Notes: generated from the letters alone by a model not told the origin. A stretch of 64,000 bases of DNA from Mobula hypostoma (GCF_963921235.1 NC_086108.1:73224001-73288000), one strand, 5' to 3'. Shown: positions 1-13,399, numbered from the stretch's first letter. Translations and numbers: made by a program.

Positions 1-1322
1 AGTAGAAATACTTTTCCCAATCATTACTGAACTGTTCTCCATAGCGAAAATCTCACACAAGCGCAGTCGGCAGAAAATCTCACGCAAGCGCTGTTGGCAA
101 GAACACTCTCTGTAGTAACCCTTAAGCTATGAAGCTGGCAAATCATACCAAATAACACGTAAAAATACACAGCCTATATAAAGTAGAAATAATGTATGTA
201 CAGTGTAGTATCACGTACCGGAATCGGGAAGACAGCTTGCCGAGCACACTGATGATGATGTGTTAGACTGAGTCGTCGCAGGCTGGGATGGTGCAGTGGC
301 CCCCATCCTCCAGGTGGCTGAGTGATACATTACCACGAAGAACGCAGGGGTCCAGCGGTAGCCGGGAGGTACACAGCACATCTTTAAGAAAAAAGCCGAA
401 ACAAACATGCTAATTAATTAGGTGCCGCCCGTAATTGTCGGCCCAGATCAGTGCTGATTTCCGATTGCGTCGTCTCTGATCTGGGCCGACAATTACGTGT
501 GGGCGGCACCTAATTAATTAGCATGTTTATTTCGGCTTTTTTCTTAAAGATGTGCTGTGTGCCTCCCGGCTACCTTTGCATTCTCCATGAATCGGTATCT
601 GTCCGTGGCCTGGGGGTTGGGGTGGTGGGACACTGGGGTGTCATCTCGTCGTCTGTTTCCATTAGAGCAGGCAGCTCATCTTCTATCTCTGCCCACCTCG
701 ATGTCGAAGGTCAAGGTTTGTCGTCTGCTGTGGCTGATGTGAAAGGCTTGCTTGACTGCTGAGCCTCGCGCATTTTTCTATCACACAGTTCTTTAATAAG
801 GACTGAAACCATCCTGCAAATATCCCCTAAACCAACGTACCCTTTCAAAACTAGAGTCATACTTTATCATTACTCATTCAGTTTCGATTGTTATCCTTTT
901 TTCTTCCAATTGCTTCAGCTCTTCATCTGTCAGTTCTTGGTGATGGGATGCCAAAACCTCTTCAACATCATGTTCGTTAGCTTCCCCAAGCCAAACTCAC
1001 TTTGTCCTACTTCGTTCACCACGATCAAAATGCTTAATGATGTCTAGTTTTACCGTAAGTGTAACAGCCTTACGAGCTCTTTCAGGCTTTTCCGATACCA
1101 TAGAACTCATCTTGCAAACGGCTGCTCACAGGCTCGTGTTAAAGCAATGCCGTTCTGAATCCGGGGGAGAGCGGCTGCTCGGGACGCGCTGCCTTTTATC
1201 GCGCGCTGAATTTTTTTTCGTAAGTGAAAACACCTTCTGAAAGCGAAAACAGGATACTAACATAGGTCTTTCGTAACAGTGAGGTTTCGTAAAGCGAACA
1301 TTCGAAAAGCGGGTGACACCTG
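1..1322 (-). mobile_element. Tigger/pogo-like DNA transposon relic (left end outside window)
   Basis: Terminus reads CAGGTGTCACCCGCTTTTCGAATGTTCG on minus and is flanked by TA (1323-1324). Minus-strand remnant DVEEVLASHHQELTDEELKQLEE (~900-975) resembles a Tigger transposase C-terminus. Confidence 0.7.
358..573. repeat. Long inverted repeat (~95-bp arms, 24-bp loop), possibly a MITE
   Basis: 358-451 is a near-perfect reverse complement of 476-573. The mirrored ORFs MF(V/I)SAFFLKMCCVPPGY appear on both strands. Confidence 0.9.
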
Positions 1323-1324
1323 TA

Positions 1325-1746
1325 TTAAAGATAGAAATAGAGCTATTTCCGAATATACAAGCAAAGGAGTTGCCGTTAGGTCATACAGCAGGGTTTGGTC
1401 CTTCTAATCTGCATCCTACTCTGAGTTCATTTCCTTCATCGTTGTAGTCTCTGACTTGAAGAATAAAATATTCATTGTGTTCGATGTGAGGAGCAGTCAG
1501 GTATTATCCCATATTTCTGATATGGGTTAATATCAGAAGCACATTCATCAAATCGACCAGAAGTTGCCTGCTCAACTGCTGGAGACCAGGATGACGACTA
1601 TTTTACAGTACGAGGTGAGGTGATGTAGCACTTGTCAAGAGCTCTCTGAGCTGGACTATTGCCAGAACATAATTCTTTCGAAAATAATACTTCTGGTATG
1701 ATGTGACAATGTTGTGCACCAACTGTGATGGTATTGGGTTTGCTGA
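1325..1746 (-). pseudogene. Candidate decayed exon of a minus-strand gene
   Basis: Acceptor ataactttgcag precedes 1746. Phase-1 frame SKPNTITVGAQHCHIIPEVLFSKELCSGNSPAQRALDKCYITSPRTVK*SSSWSPAVEQATSGRFDECASDINPYQKYG has 2 stops in ~90 codons, with more stops beyond. It abuts the Tigger-like element. Confidence 0.35.
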
Positions 1747-2109
1747 CTGCAAAGTTATAAATTCAAATGAAGACTTTAAGCTCTATCCAATATAACTAGC
1801 CACGAGTACTCTCAGTGAAGGGAAATTTTACTGTTACAACCCAATCTTCAAAGACTAGTTTACTTCCCTGTTTATTCTCCAAGGTGAGTTTAGCTGCCAA
1901 TACCCACTATTTGAGTGGTGGGTCCCCCCTTTCAGGGATAAGATACTTCCAGCTCACAAAGCAGTTTAATGCACATCTATGCATATCTTTACAGTGATGC
2001 ACGTTAAACACTAAACAACACTCTTAAAACACATTTAAAATGCACAGAGGATTTCTTTCTCAAACATTTCCCAATTACAAGCCACTTCTTAAACATAAAA
2101 CATTTCCAA

Positions 2110-3010
2110 AACAAAGATTCAAAGGTTCATTTATTATCACAGTATACAACTCTGAAATACTTCAATTCTCCGGGTAGCTGTGAAACCAAGAAAGAAAAGA
2201 AGGCAGCATGATCATCAACTCCCAAATCCCACCTCCCGGCAAAAAAAATGAACAAAAATGGAACAATCACATCAACCCCCAAATCCCTTCTCCCACACAA
2301 AAGCCAAGCAAAATGGATTAGGCACATTGACCGCTAAATCCCCCTCCCTGCGCAAATAAAACCCAGAAGACTGAGCAAAAAGACACAGAATATAAAAACT
2401 GTAAGACTGAAAAAGAGATTTTATAGAGCAAGTCCAAATCCAAGGTGCAGAAAAGCCTGGGGAACACTCTCTGGGCCCAGCAGCAGATCTTCCCTTCTCT
2501 GATACAGAGCGATCAAAAGCCAGGCGGCCAGCGCTCACCCTCCACACTCGCTTCGATGCTTCAATCACCCTCGTCACTTTAGTCAGTGTATAATAGAAGC
2601 TTTAATTGGCGAAATGGAACTAAACTTCAGCTTGCACCCCATCTTACAGCCTGTCCGCTATGAGGTTCCTGCGCACTGCCTCTGCCTCTTGGCATCCTCC
2701 CAGAGTCCGCACAGCTCTGGTACATCCCAACATTCTCCAAACTTCCGCGATCAGCTTCATGTTTCAATCACCCTCGTCATTTTAATCAGTGGACAATGGG
2801 AGCTATAATCAGTGAAATGAGGTCATACATTGGCTTGCACACCATCCTACAGGCTTCTCACCTCGAGGTTTGCTCACACTGCTTCTGCCTCCCAGAATCT
2901 TGGAGACTGCAGAGCACTAAGCACCCAAATGATCTCCAAACAGCAAAACACAGTCTCCAACGGTTCCAGAATCACATCCAAGACGTGAAACAAACATAAA
3001 ACACAAAGAT
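2110..3010 (-). mobile_element. Unclassified non-autonomous retroposon with an internal ~205-bp duplication
   Basis: LINE-like 3' tail (AATAAA plus short repeat) at ~2115-2140 on minus. Internal direct repeats start ttcaatcaccctcgtca at ~2560 and ~2763. Confidence 0.45.
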
Positions 3011-3110
3011 TTCCTAAATGTGAAGTACAAAGCATTGCTTAAACACAAATGATAAAGGACAAAGGATTTCCAAAACACAGGTACAATTCTTATAAACTGA
3101 AAAGACATAC

Positions 3111-6100
3111 CAACAAGTTGCAGACAAAAAGTTGTCTGTAGCATAAACCAAAGCTGAAGGAATGGGTTTTTGTTCACCTGGTGTTTTTTTCCTGTTTCTT
3201 GATATTCCTCACCCCATTCCTAATAAACCTGAACTGCTCCCTAAATTTATAACCTGTATCTCCCACTTGGGGACTGCACAGGCATGTGATATTTCCTCAG
3301 ATATCCTTTTAACACCAAAAGTCTGAAAGTATCTTTTGGAAACATTGGCCTTAGATTAATGTTCACAGTTCACAATTAATACTGTAAAGCTAACTTCTTT
3401 GAGCACATTAAGCTCTCAACTGTAAACACATCAGTTACTGATATGCCAAATGATATTATCCATCTGTTCTACAAACTTCTTTGAACTAAGCAACTTAAGA
3501 GTCAGTTTATTTGAAATAACCCATTGACGTATGTGCTACTCTTGAGCAGTGAAACAGAAAGCTGTGAGCTAGCATCTACTTCCACACAGACGGAGTGCCT
3601 GCAATTACAGAGCTTGTTTGAAAAAAACTGTTCTATAAAGAGTGTTGTTAACTTTAAGCTGATTGCTACTTTTCATTTATATTTTAAGAACTGCAGACTG
3701 CTGTCCTTTTTTATGAGCAGAAACTAAACAAAGTGTTAGTTGGAAGTTTACTTACAACTGATTTTGTTTTTACAAATGGCACTGATGTTGATTATGTTTA
3801 TGATTATGATTATGAAGACACGCAGTCCTCTTTTATTGTCATTTAGTAATGCATGCATTAAGAAATGATACAATATTTCCTCCGGTGTGATATCACAAAA
3901 TACAGGATAAACCAAGACTGAAAAACTAACAAAACCACATAATTATAACATATAGTTACAACAGTGCAACAATACCATAACTTGATGAAGAACAGTCCAT
4001 GGCACAGTAAAAAGTTCAAAGTCCCTCAAATGTCCCACATCTCATGCAGACGGGAGAAGGAAGAAAACTCTCCCTGCCATGCCCAACCACGGTCTGACTC
4101 TGAGTCATCCGAAAACTTCGGGCCTCCGATCGGCCCTCTGACACCGAGTACTGAGCACCATCTCTATCCGAACGATTCGACCTCAATCTCGGTCACCAGC
4201 AGCAGGCAAAGCCGGGGATTTTGGGGCCTTCCCTCCGGAAGGTTTCTCGATCGCACAGTAACAACAGCAGCGAACTGGCATTTCAGAAATTTCTCCAGAT
4301 GTTCCTCTGTGCTTTCACATCCGTCTCCATCAAATCAGAATTGTCCACGGCCCCTATTTAATGGATACAATATCATTTTTCACCGGAGGGCTGCGCGCAC
4401 ACATCGCGCTGCTATCTCATCCTCCCGCCATTTTAAAGCAAGTTTAGAAAGATTAGAAAACAAGTTTAACAAACATAAACCGGGAAGTGAATATCTATCG
4501 CAAAGTGTTAAAGGAAAAAGCAAGTGGGTGGAATTGGTGTTATGGGGAAAGCAGGTGGGTGGAACTGAGTCCATGGCCAGATCAGCCATGATCATAATGA
4601 ATGGTAGAGCAGGCACTACGAGCTAGCTGGCCTACTCCTGCTTCTTATATTCTTATGATCGTATTTGTTGACATTTTGCATTAATCTGGATAGACATTTA
4701 TTTTACTGTTTTATAGCCTTGAGTTCACTCACCCAACTAGGCGAGATTTGTTCTGTTTTATAGTTTAAGTCAGGCACATCATGTTTTACTTGTTTTCAGT
4801 TTGAAAAGGGCATTCACACACACAGATCGTGTTCCGGTATCTGATCAACAAAATCGACAGGCTCTTAAAAAATGATCCCTCAGGCAGAAGAACAAACATT
4901 GCACACAATGGGTAGCCAAGCCTCCACATACAAAGCTGGTGCTTGTAAAAGTGGAATCTGCTGAATAAGCAGTTTTCAATAGCAACAGAGCGTATAAAGG
5001 CCCTGAAGGGAGTTCAGCCTGACAAATTACAATGCACGAAGGGGAACTTTCTTTAGAACATTCTAAGTTTTAATAACTGAGAATAATTTGGTGATGTAAG
5101 TCCCTCCAACTTTCTTTTACAAAATGCAGTGTTCTTTCTACATGAAAAAGTTGCACCTTATACAATGAATCTGCTTGCATTTGCTTTGTTACTACTTACT
5201 TACTAACAGCTTCAATTATGGGCCATAGGCCACTTCAGTAATAGCAAAACCATAACACCAATCTTCATCATTAAAACTCAACAATGAACTGCTTTAGCGA
5301 ATTTCCACAACACTGTATAGAAATGTTTAGATTGTGCCTGGGTGTTTAAAATTATTTTAAAATTGATCCTTGACTAGGCTACAAAAGGATATCCATTCAA
5401 ACATAAAGACTCATTTTTAAAACCTGTTTTCAGTCACAGAGAGACTGGTTGTTATATGCATTTTCTACCGTTTAATGAAATTCCTACATTGGATTGGAAA
5501 CTTTTTCTAGTAGGTTTAGAAGTAGAGAGGTGAATGCTGGAACTTGACTCCATGTATCTCAATGCAAAATCCTAGAGGACTAAATAACAACAGAAAATAA
5601 TGGAAAATCCCTGCAGGTCTGCTTCAGTGGAAGGTGTTACAGTTAAAGTTTCAGGTCTGAGATCCTCACGTCAACTCAGAGGAGTTGTGGTAGAGCGTGT
5701 ATCAAGGGAGAAGGAAGGAAGGACAGCAGGTGTGGTGAAAGGTAGTGTGGAAGATACTGGCATATCTTTGCATATAAATGATGTCAAATAGAACTGCCAG
5801 TACACTGAATTAAAAGACTACAGATGCAGGACTTTCATGGACAATCACAGCATTCCCAAGTTGAATGGCACTGTTCCATCATGCTAATTCATTCAGAAAC
5901 ATTTAAAGCTCTCCTGGCTTTGACAGCCTGCAAAGCAATCAGGAGAACTTCAGGGATAAAGCTTCACCAGTGCATTGCTTGAGTAGCTACTGCTGCACAA
6001 GGCTTCAACACTGGACAGGGACGCTTCTGACCAGCAAGATAGTTTCCCAGCAACAGGATCAGGTAATTTTTGTGATGATTTGAATGGTGGTCCTGAGCAG

Positions 6101-7952
6101 TGTGCAAGTTCTAGCAAAACCCAATTACAGCTCAGTTTCCTCGTAGAGCAGAGTGACTTGAACTGCAGCTTCCTGATATCCATGTTTTAAAGTGCCTGTG
6201 CAGTCACTGGAGTTTGTTATTCAGTGCTATTTTTCTCAGCCCCAATGCTATTTCTACTGCAGAAGCCAAACTAATCTTTCCAAAGTCGGAAGCTCATATT
6301 ACATTTGGCTTTGGATTTCTGCTCTCAGATATTTCAATGTTTGATCTTAATGGAGCAAGCTTGGTGGACCACCAAGAAAATGGTGAAATCAGGAATAGGC
6401 AAGGCAAGCAATTCAGACATACCATTTGCCAAAAATTGATTTTGATTTGAGCAAAAAGGAATGGCTTTATTCTCTGTCCTGTTTTCTGCACAGGCTGCCC
6501 ACTTGCCTGCATTCCTAGGGAGAAAATTCCCAGAGGAAGGCAGGAGGCTCTTTACAGAATGCAAATCAGTACTTGTGTCAATAAGTCTCCAAAGTCATTT
6601 TTGACTTGATCAGCAAGAAGAGTGCAGAGTGCCATTCTCAACCCTTTTCAAAGGAGTAGAGGCCTACATATTCTTAGAGTAATTGAATCAGTCTGGGTAA
6701 AAAGCTGGCTTGATTCATACACGGATTGGCTTGGAATGACCTCTGTATTAAATACTGCAGGAGGGTTCAGGGCTACTCTGCTGTCTGGAATGGTGAAAGA
6801 ATCTCATGGGCCTGGATCTAGTAACCGGGGAGATATTTGCTCTGTGTGTTTTCTGTTATCACTCCAACTATCAGTAGACATCAATCTGCATTCCTGATTT
6901 TGCACACCTTCACATGTAGCCAGATACCACTTAGACTTGTCAACCTGTATGGATGCAGGATTCAAATCATCAGACAAAACAATGTCGTTATGTCAGTGAT
7001 TGTTTTGGAAGCTGGAAAATTAACTAATCAAATATTCTGCTTCCTCTACCCTCCAAGCTGTTACCTTACATTTAAGACCCCATCATTTAGGCACAGTACT
7101 AGATATCTCCCTGATAGTTTACTCCATCAGAGTGAGGTTGAATGGTTGTCAGAGCCCATTTCTAACCCCCTTTTCATTGCCCCTTTGCTTGTCACAACCA
7201 CTGATTCAGCAGCGCAGTAGATACGGCAATTGAGCTTGTTAATATGTACATGTCCGCTAATTATTATTTCATTGCAATAGTATTTAACTCCATTCATTCT
7301 GTAGTAGTATTTGTCAAGACTTGAACACAGCAATGCTTTACTGCCTGCTTGCATTCTGCTTGGGAAATTAGACTGTCGAATCAACTGACTCTGAAGACTA
7401 GCGGTATTCATTTTATGTTTAGTTGTTCTTTTCAGTCGCAGTTTAGGCTTCATTTTCCATTTGAGAGTTTTAGTTAACGGCCCTGTTTGGCCTAGTGTTT
7501 ATTGTTTCCTTTTGCCCGTAACACTGTTCGCATTAAAGTCTGTGAACTATCGACCGGCGTAGGTGTCTCTCACTCCACACACGGGCCATATCCGACCTGG
7601 TGACATTGCTATTCCCCAAAGAGTGAGAGAGGGGAACAGTTGTGTAGACTGCTGTTGATCATGTGGCTTAGAGTGTATACTAAAAGGGAGAAGCAACACA
7701 ATATGAACAAGGTAATACGTAACTGTGTGAAAATTCATGGATGTGAACTGCAGAAGCAGGCTGCAGAACAGTGAAATGTTGGTAGATGTAAAATGATAAT
7801 TTCAGGATGTCTAGGGACATAGCAAATGATAACACTGTGAAGCAGAGGGAAAAGGAGATAATGGGCACTGGAAAAAGTCATTGCATTTCCCAGGGCAGGT
7901 GGAGTGGAAGCAGGATTTTGAGCATCAGATTTTTCAGGGATTTGTGGCATAC
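3111..7952 (-). pseudogene. Candidate very large decayed exon interrupted by TEs
   Basis: Donor TTG|gtatgt at 3111. Pyrimidine tract with a non-AG (TG) acceptor at 7952, followed by GMPQIPEKSDAQNPASTPPALG. Ser-rich protein-like frames broken by stops and frameshifts lie between TE insertions (~3790-4660, ~5590-5760, ~7375-7603). Confidence 0.3.
3790..4435 (-). mobile_element. Non-autonomous retroposon, copy 1 (apparently full length)
   Basis: Minus strand begins AAAATGGCGGG and ends GACAATAAA...(CATAAT)n. Homologous to 22147-22485 and 22890-23505. Confidence 0.7.
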
Positions 7953-8792
7953 CAGGAATGAAGAATAAGATTACAACTTTTAACTTCAAGAGAAAAAGTC
8001 TGCAAGTGACAGTTCAGAGGCTTGTGAACCTTTCAAATTCTCAAACGTAGAGGACAGTGGATTCTCAGTCATCAAACAAATTCCAGGTGGAGATCAATAG
8101 ATTTTTGAACACTGATAGAATCGAAGTTTACGAAGGAGGAGGAAACAGAAGACCAGAACCTGGGATTGAACTTGGTGCTCAGATTGTGGTCCCCTCAACA
8201 TTACAATGACCAGACACCCGCTGGATGAAGGGTTTGCATACCTCTTGATTCAGCCTTCAAGTGTGACTTGGCCTTTCTGACTTCCTATGAAACTTAATAA
8301 AAACCTGAGAAATATCAGCTCAGCTTTTAACTAGTTGAATTAATCCTCCATCCTCAATTAAGTAATGATTATGCAAGCTTTATTTAAAGTGAGCAGACTT
8401 ATCCTTTGCTTATTAATCTCCCATTGTCACCCACAATGGGAGATTAATATTATGGTATAGTACTTCAATTTGCAACATTCATGATTTTATTCCCATATTC
8501 GTTTTTTGCGTAGAGATTTCAACACAGGAATATTTGAATTACTGGAGAGTAATACAGGCAAGAACAAGAAATACTGGAAGCATTCAACAGGTTAAGCATT
8601 ATTGTTGGACAGAGAAACAGCGTTTATACTTACGTTAACTTTGACCAGAAATGAAAAGGTCAAAATAAAAACAAAATAGCTTGTAGAGAAAGGAGAGAGG
8701 AAGAAGTAATCAGGAGGGAAATTCTGAGATAGGGCATAAGTCAGGAGAAATTAAACGGTTAAAAGGTAATAGTGTAATGAAACAAGCATTAA

Positions 8793-9255
8793 ATCAGAAT
8801 CAGAATCAGGTTTATTATCACCGGCATGTGACGTGAAATTTGTTAACTTAGCAGCAGCAGTTCAATGCAATACATAATCTAGCAGAGAAAGAAAGAAAAA
8901 TAAAATTTTTAAAATAATAATAAATAAACAAGTAAATTAATTACAGTATACCTGTATTGAATAGATTTTTAAAAAACATGCAAAAAACAGAAATGCTATA
9001 TATTAAAAAAACAAGGTAGTGTCCAAGGATTCAATGTCCATTTAGGGATCGGATGGCGGAGGGGAAGAAGCTGTTCCTGAATCGCTGAGTGTGTGCCTTC
9101 AGGCTTCTGTACCTCCTACCTGATGGCAACAGTGAGAAAAGGGCATGCCCTGGGTGCTGGGGATCCTTAACAATGGACCCTGCCTTTCTGAGACACTACT
9201 CCTTGAAGTTGTCCTGGGTACATTGTAGGCAGTACCCAAGATGGAGCTGACTAGA
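8793..9255 (-). mobile_element. Rex1/Babar-type LINE 3' fragment
   Basis: The (ATTCTG)n tail and 3' UTR match the end of the element at ~63450-63845. Confidence 0.8.
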
Positions 9256-9539
9256 TTAAAAATTGAAAATTGAAAATTGATATAGACAACATGTAAATAT
9301 CATTTCCACCTACCTCAAATAATAGATCGACTAAATATTATTTGTAAAACCACTGGAAGAAGCATGGAATATAAACTGGTTTGCAGACTTTTTTCATCAA
9401 CAATAGCTCAGTAGCACCACTGGTGGCTGAATTCTGAAGTACGTATCTTCAGCGAACACTACTAGGTACCTCCTGCGCCGAATAAAGTGGCCACCGAGTA
9501 TACGTTTGTGACCTTCTGCAGCTGTAGCCCATCCAAAGT

Positions 9540-11750
9540 TCAAAGTGAAAGTTCAAAATAAATTTATTATCAAGAAACGTGTATGTTACCATAACAACCC
9601 TGAAATTCATTTCCTGTGGCCATACTCAATAAATCCATAAAAGAATACGGAGGGCTTCCATCAATCAGAGTTGACCATGGACATTGCATCTTAGATGTCT
9701 GGATATGTAAGCCTGGCCAGTATGATATGGAGAGCAAGCTCCCCCTCTCCACGCAACTGATGAACCCTAAGGAATGGCAGAGACCTATACAGTTTGGTAC
9801 CAGCAGCACTGAACTCAACGGAGGACTGCCTTAGGGACTCCACCTCCAGATTTTTCCCTCAGAATTTACTCCCAAAGCCTCCCTCAGGAGTGGATATAAC
9901 CGCAAGGCAGTGAAGGTCTGAGATCAGAGCTTTCCTTCTCCTAAATGAGATACCAACCGCGGCTGACGAGCCCCAACTGCCCGATAGCGCAATAACCATA
10001 ATAGATTCAATGACAGACCACACCCACTGGGTGGACAACCAGTGTGCAAAAGTCAGAAAACTGTGCAAATACAAAAAGAAAGAAATAATAATAAATACAT
10101 AAACAAATAAACAAACAATAAATATCAAGAAACTGAGATGAAGAGCCCTTGAAAGTGAGTCCATAGGTTGGGTGAACATTTCAATGATAGAGCAAGTGAA
10201 GTTGAGTGAAGTTTTCTCCTTTGGTTCAAGAGCCTAATGATTGAGGGGCTCATGGACCTCTGGTTTCCTCCTGCTAAAGTCAATAATCATGTCCTTGTTC
10301 TTACTGACATTGAGTAAGAGATTGTTGTGGTGGCATCACTGGGCCAGATTTTCCAATCTCCATGCTATATGCTGATTTGTCACCACCTTTGATTTGGCCT
10401 GTTACGGTTGTGACGAGAATACACATAAAAATTAAGATGTTTGCTGGCCTGGGTTAGCATCAGTGGCATCAGCAGTTGTTCTGCCACCTGCCCTCAGGGG
10501 AAGGAGAGATAAGGAACAATGGAGCAGCGTCTGGAGATGTGTAATGAAGGGACGGGGGAGAGAGAGCTGTCTGGAGCGGCTCTCCCCTTTGAACCTTGAA
10601 CTGTTTGAAGTGATGGACAGGCGATACCCCAGCAGGGGGATAAAAAGGGACCAGTTTGCTAAGGCAGGACACACGCCACCCGAGGTAACGAGACCCTGGA
10701 AGTGGTACGCCTCTCACGAGTTGGTGAGAAGTATCGGACAACGCACAGGGTGGAAAGGTACGATCAGCGGGAACCCGGTGTGTGTCCGCCCTTGCCTGGG
10801 TGCTGGGTTCACTGCAGAGGATCGACCGCATCTGGAGGAGGGGTCACAGTCGGTGACCTCAGGTGACATCACCAAGGACCCGCCCAAAAGCTGTTTGTGA
10901 GCCATCTCGCCAGTCTGTGAGTGAAGCAGTATCTGAATGATCAGTTGTTCCTGTTCTATCTCTCTCTTCCCCCACGTTGTCCATCACCATGGCAACGATT
11001 ACTGCGAACTGAGCTACTAAACTGGACTGAACTTTGAGTCACTTTGAAATTTGGTCATTTACCCCTAGACAACGATAGAGCTTGATTGATGCTGTTATCT
11101 TAATTCTGTGCACATGTGTGGTTATCATTGCTGAACTGTTGCATTTATTATCCTTTCGATTACTGTGTTGCTTATTTCTTTAATAAAACTTTCTTAGTTC
11201 TAGTACTCCAGACTCCAACTGAGTGATCCATTTCTGCTGGTTTGACAACCCAGTTACGGGGTACGTAACACGGTGGTCATAGCAGAATTGAATTATGGCA
11301 TTGGAGCTGTGCTTAGCCACATCATCATAGATGTAGAGCAAGTAAAGCAGAGGGCTATGCACACAACCTTGTGCAGCAGCTGTGTTAATGGAGATTTTGG
11401 AAGAGATGTTGCTGCCAATATGAACTGACTGGGGTCAGCAAGTGAAGACTTTGTGGATCCAATTACACATGAAGGTATTGAGGCCAAGAACATGAAGCTT
11501 AATAACTAGTGTCGAGGGGATGATGGTATTGAATGCTGATCTGTAGTCAATAAAGAGCATCCTGATCTGGGTATATGCATCTTTACCATCCAGATGTTCC
11601 AGGGTTGAGTGAAGAGCCATTAAGATGGCATCTGCTATGGACCTGTTGCTCCGGTAGGCAAACTGGAGCAGATCAAAGTCATTTCTGAGGCAGGAGTTGA
11701 TATGTTTCATCATCAACCTCTCAAAGCACTTCATCACAGTAGATGTAATT
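9540..11750 (-). mobile_element. Older Rex1/Babar-type LINE, interrupted by an insertion (~9650-9990) and a solo LTR
   Basis: RT remnant TVMKCFERL..LQFAYRSNRS..RMLFIDYRSAFNTI (ORF 11435-11785). LINE sequence resumes on both sides of the LTR, with a tail near 9545-9570. Confidence 0.75.
10409..11270 (+). mobile_element. Solo LTR (862 bp) with 4-bp TSD
   Basis: TGTGACG...CGTAACA termini. TSD CGGT at 10405-10408 and 11271-11274. TATA-like GATAAAAA near 10640 and AATAAA at 11182. Confidence 0.85.
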
Positions 11751-11787
11751 TGCCCATAGCCAGAATAGGTCTTCAGCAGACACAATC

Positions 11788-12133
11788 TTAATGGTTTTCC
11801 ATACAGCCTTGGATCACCTGGACAATGCCAATACCTGTGTCAGGATGCTGTTTATTGACTATAGCTTAGCAATTAAACCCATCATTCCTACAGCCCTGAT
11901 TGGAAAACTACAGAACCTAGGCCTCTTTACCTCCCTCTGTAACTGGATCCTTGATCTCCTAACCAGAAGACCACAATCTGTGAGAATTGGAAATAACATC
12001 TCTACCTCACTGACAATTAACACTGGTGTTCCACAGGGATTTGTGCTTAGCCTACTGCTCTACTCTCTCTACACCCATGACTGGGTGGCTAGGCATAGCT
12101 CAAACAGCATCTGTAAATTTGCTAATGAAGCTA
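11788..12133 (+). mobile_element. Rex1/Babar RT fragment, inverted relative to the adjacent copy
   Basis: ORF 11791-12177 [36 protein letters not shown] is similar to 62651-63118. Confidence 0.85.
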
Positions 12134-13399
12134 ACCTCATCATAATATGTAAAACGTGTCTTATTGCATCAATATGACCCAATGCTATTTTTTTTCAATT
12201 AAAAGGCTAGAGTCAAACTTGTTCAGAACAACCACCAACTGCTTTGAGTGATTACGCCACATATCATCCAATATCCAATAAAACTGATTAACAAGCCCCT
12301 TACTTTTCTGAACAAGCATGACTTGAGAATCAGGTATACGCCAGGTGTGTTTAACTTAAAACTTAAGCTTAACATTAATTATCAGAGACATGCAGCACAG
12401 TTGCACAATTTTACATGCTATACTTCTGGAGTTAATTTAGGAAGGCCATAGTGAAATGTTATCCTGCTCATCGCACTGTTCAGAAAATCTGGCAGAGACA
12501 CTTCTTGAAAACTTGGCAACATTGGAAATAGAAGTAAAAACAAAGTAAATGACTTTTTGAATCTATTCCACCATTTAATAAGATGTTGGCTGAACCCCCA
12601 CACCCTTTATCCACACTTCTACCTAATCCTCATATCTCCTTTTGAATCCAAATGTCTATCAATCTCAGCTCATTATACCAACACATAGGGTAGAGAACTC
12701 CAAAAGTACAGAACTTTGTTTTCACCTTAACCATGCACTCTAGTCTCGAATGTATCCTTTAATGTTTTAAATTCTGTAATCTGAGAAAACAACATCTCAG
12801 CATCTACTATGCAAACTTCTTTTTTATCTTCTTGAAATATTATTGTCACTGAAATTGCCCAGGTGAGCAGTTCTGGGCAGGTAATGAAGATTTCAGGCGG
12901 TTAAGAACATGGGTGGAGGATTGGCATATCTGTTTTAATGTAGATAAGTGCATTATTTTGTAGAAATCAATAATGCAAGATAAGAGTATAGATCCTCATA
13001 CCAAACAACAATAAAAGGGAGCCATACACTGCATTATACTAAGGATTACACTGGTTAACTGTGTGCAGAAGCCATGTATCTTTGAAGATCTCTATTTTAT
13101 CACCGAACACTGTATATACATGTTTCTCAGGGATTCCACACAAGCAATTAGAAACTTCACCCAGCAACCCTGAGCATCTTGAGTCCGGAAGTGGTTTATT
13201 TTGTCAAGTCAAGTGGTAGGCCTATTTGAGGCAGGTCAATGAAAGCTATTATACCAGGAGAAATGCTAATCAATCAGATTTTAATTAAAAGTGAGAGAAA
13301 TGAAGGAGGTGCATGAAGAGTTATCTTCTTATTCAACTGTTGCCAGGGAAACACATGGTAAAGTTTCTCCTTTGGCTGTTGTTACCAAAAGGTCAGGAT

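Noticed and set aside
3964..4626. 220-aa plus-strand ORF as a gene
   Set aside because: Lies antisense in a repeat and runs into a CR1-like tail. The other copies do not preserve it.
7375..7603. Third solo LTR (ends ...GTGACA, has ATTAAA)
   Set aside because: No matching TSD or clear 5' terminus. At most an LTR fragment.
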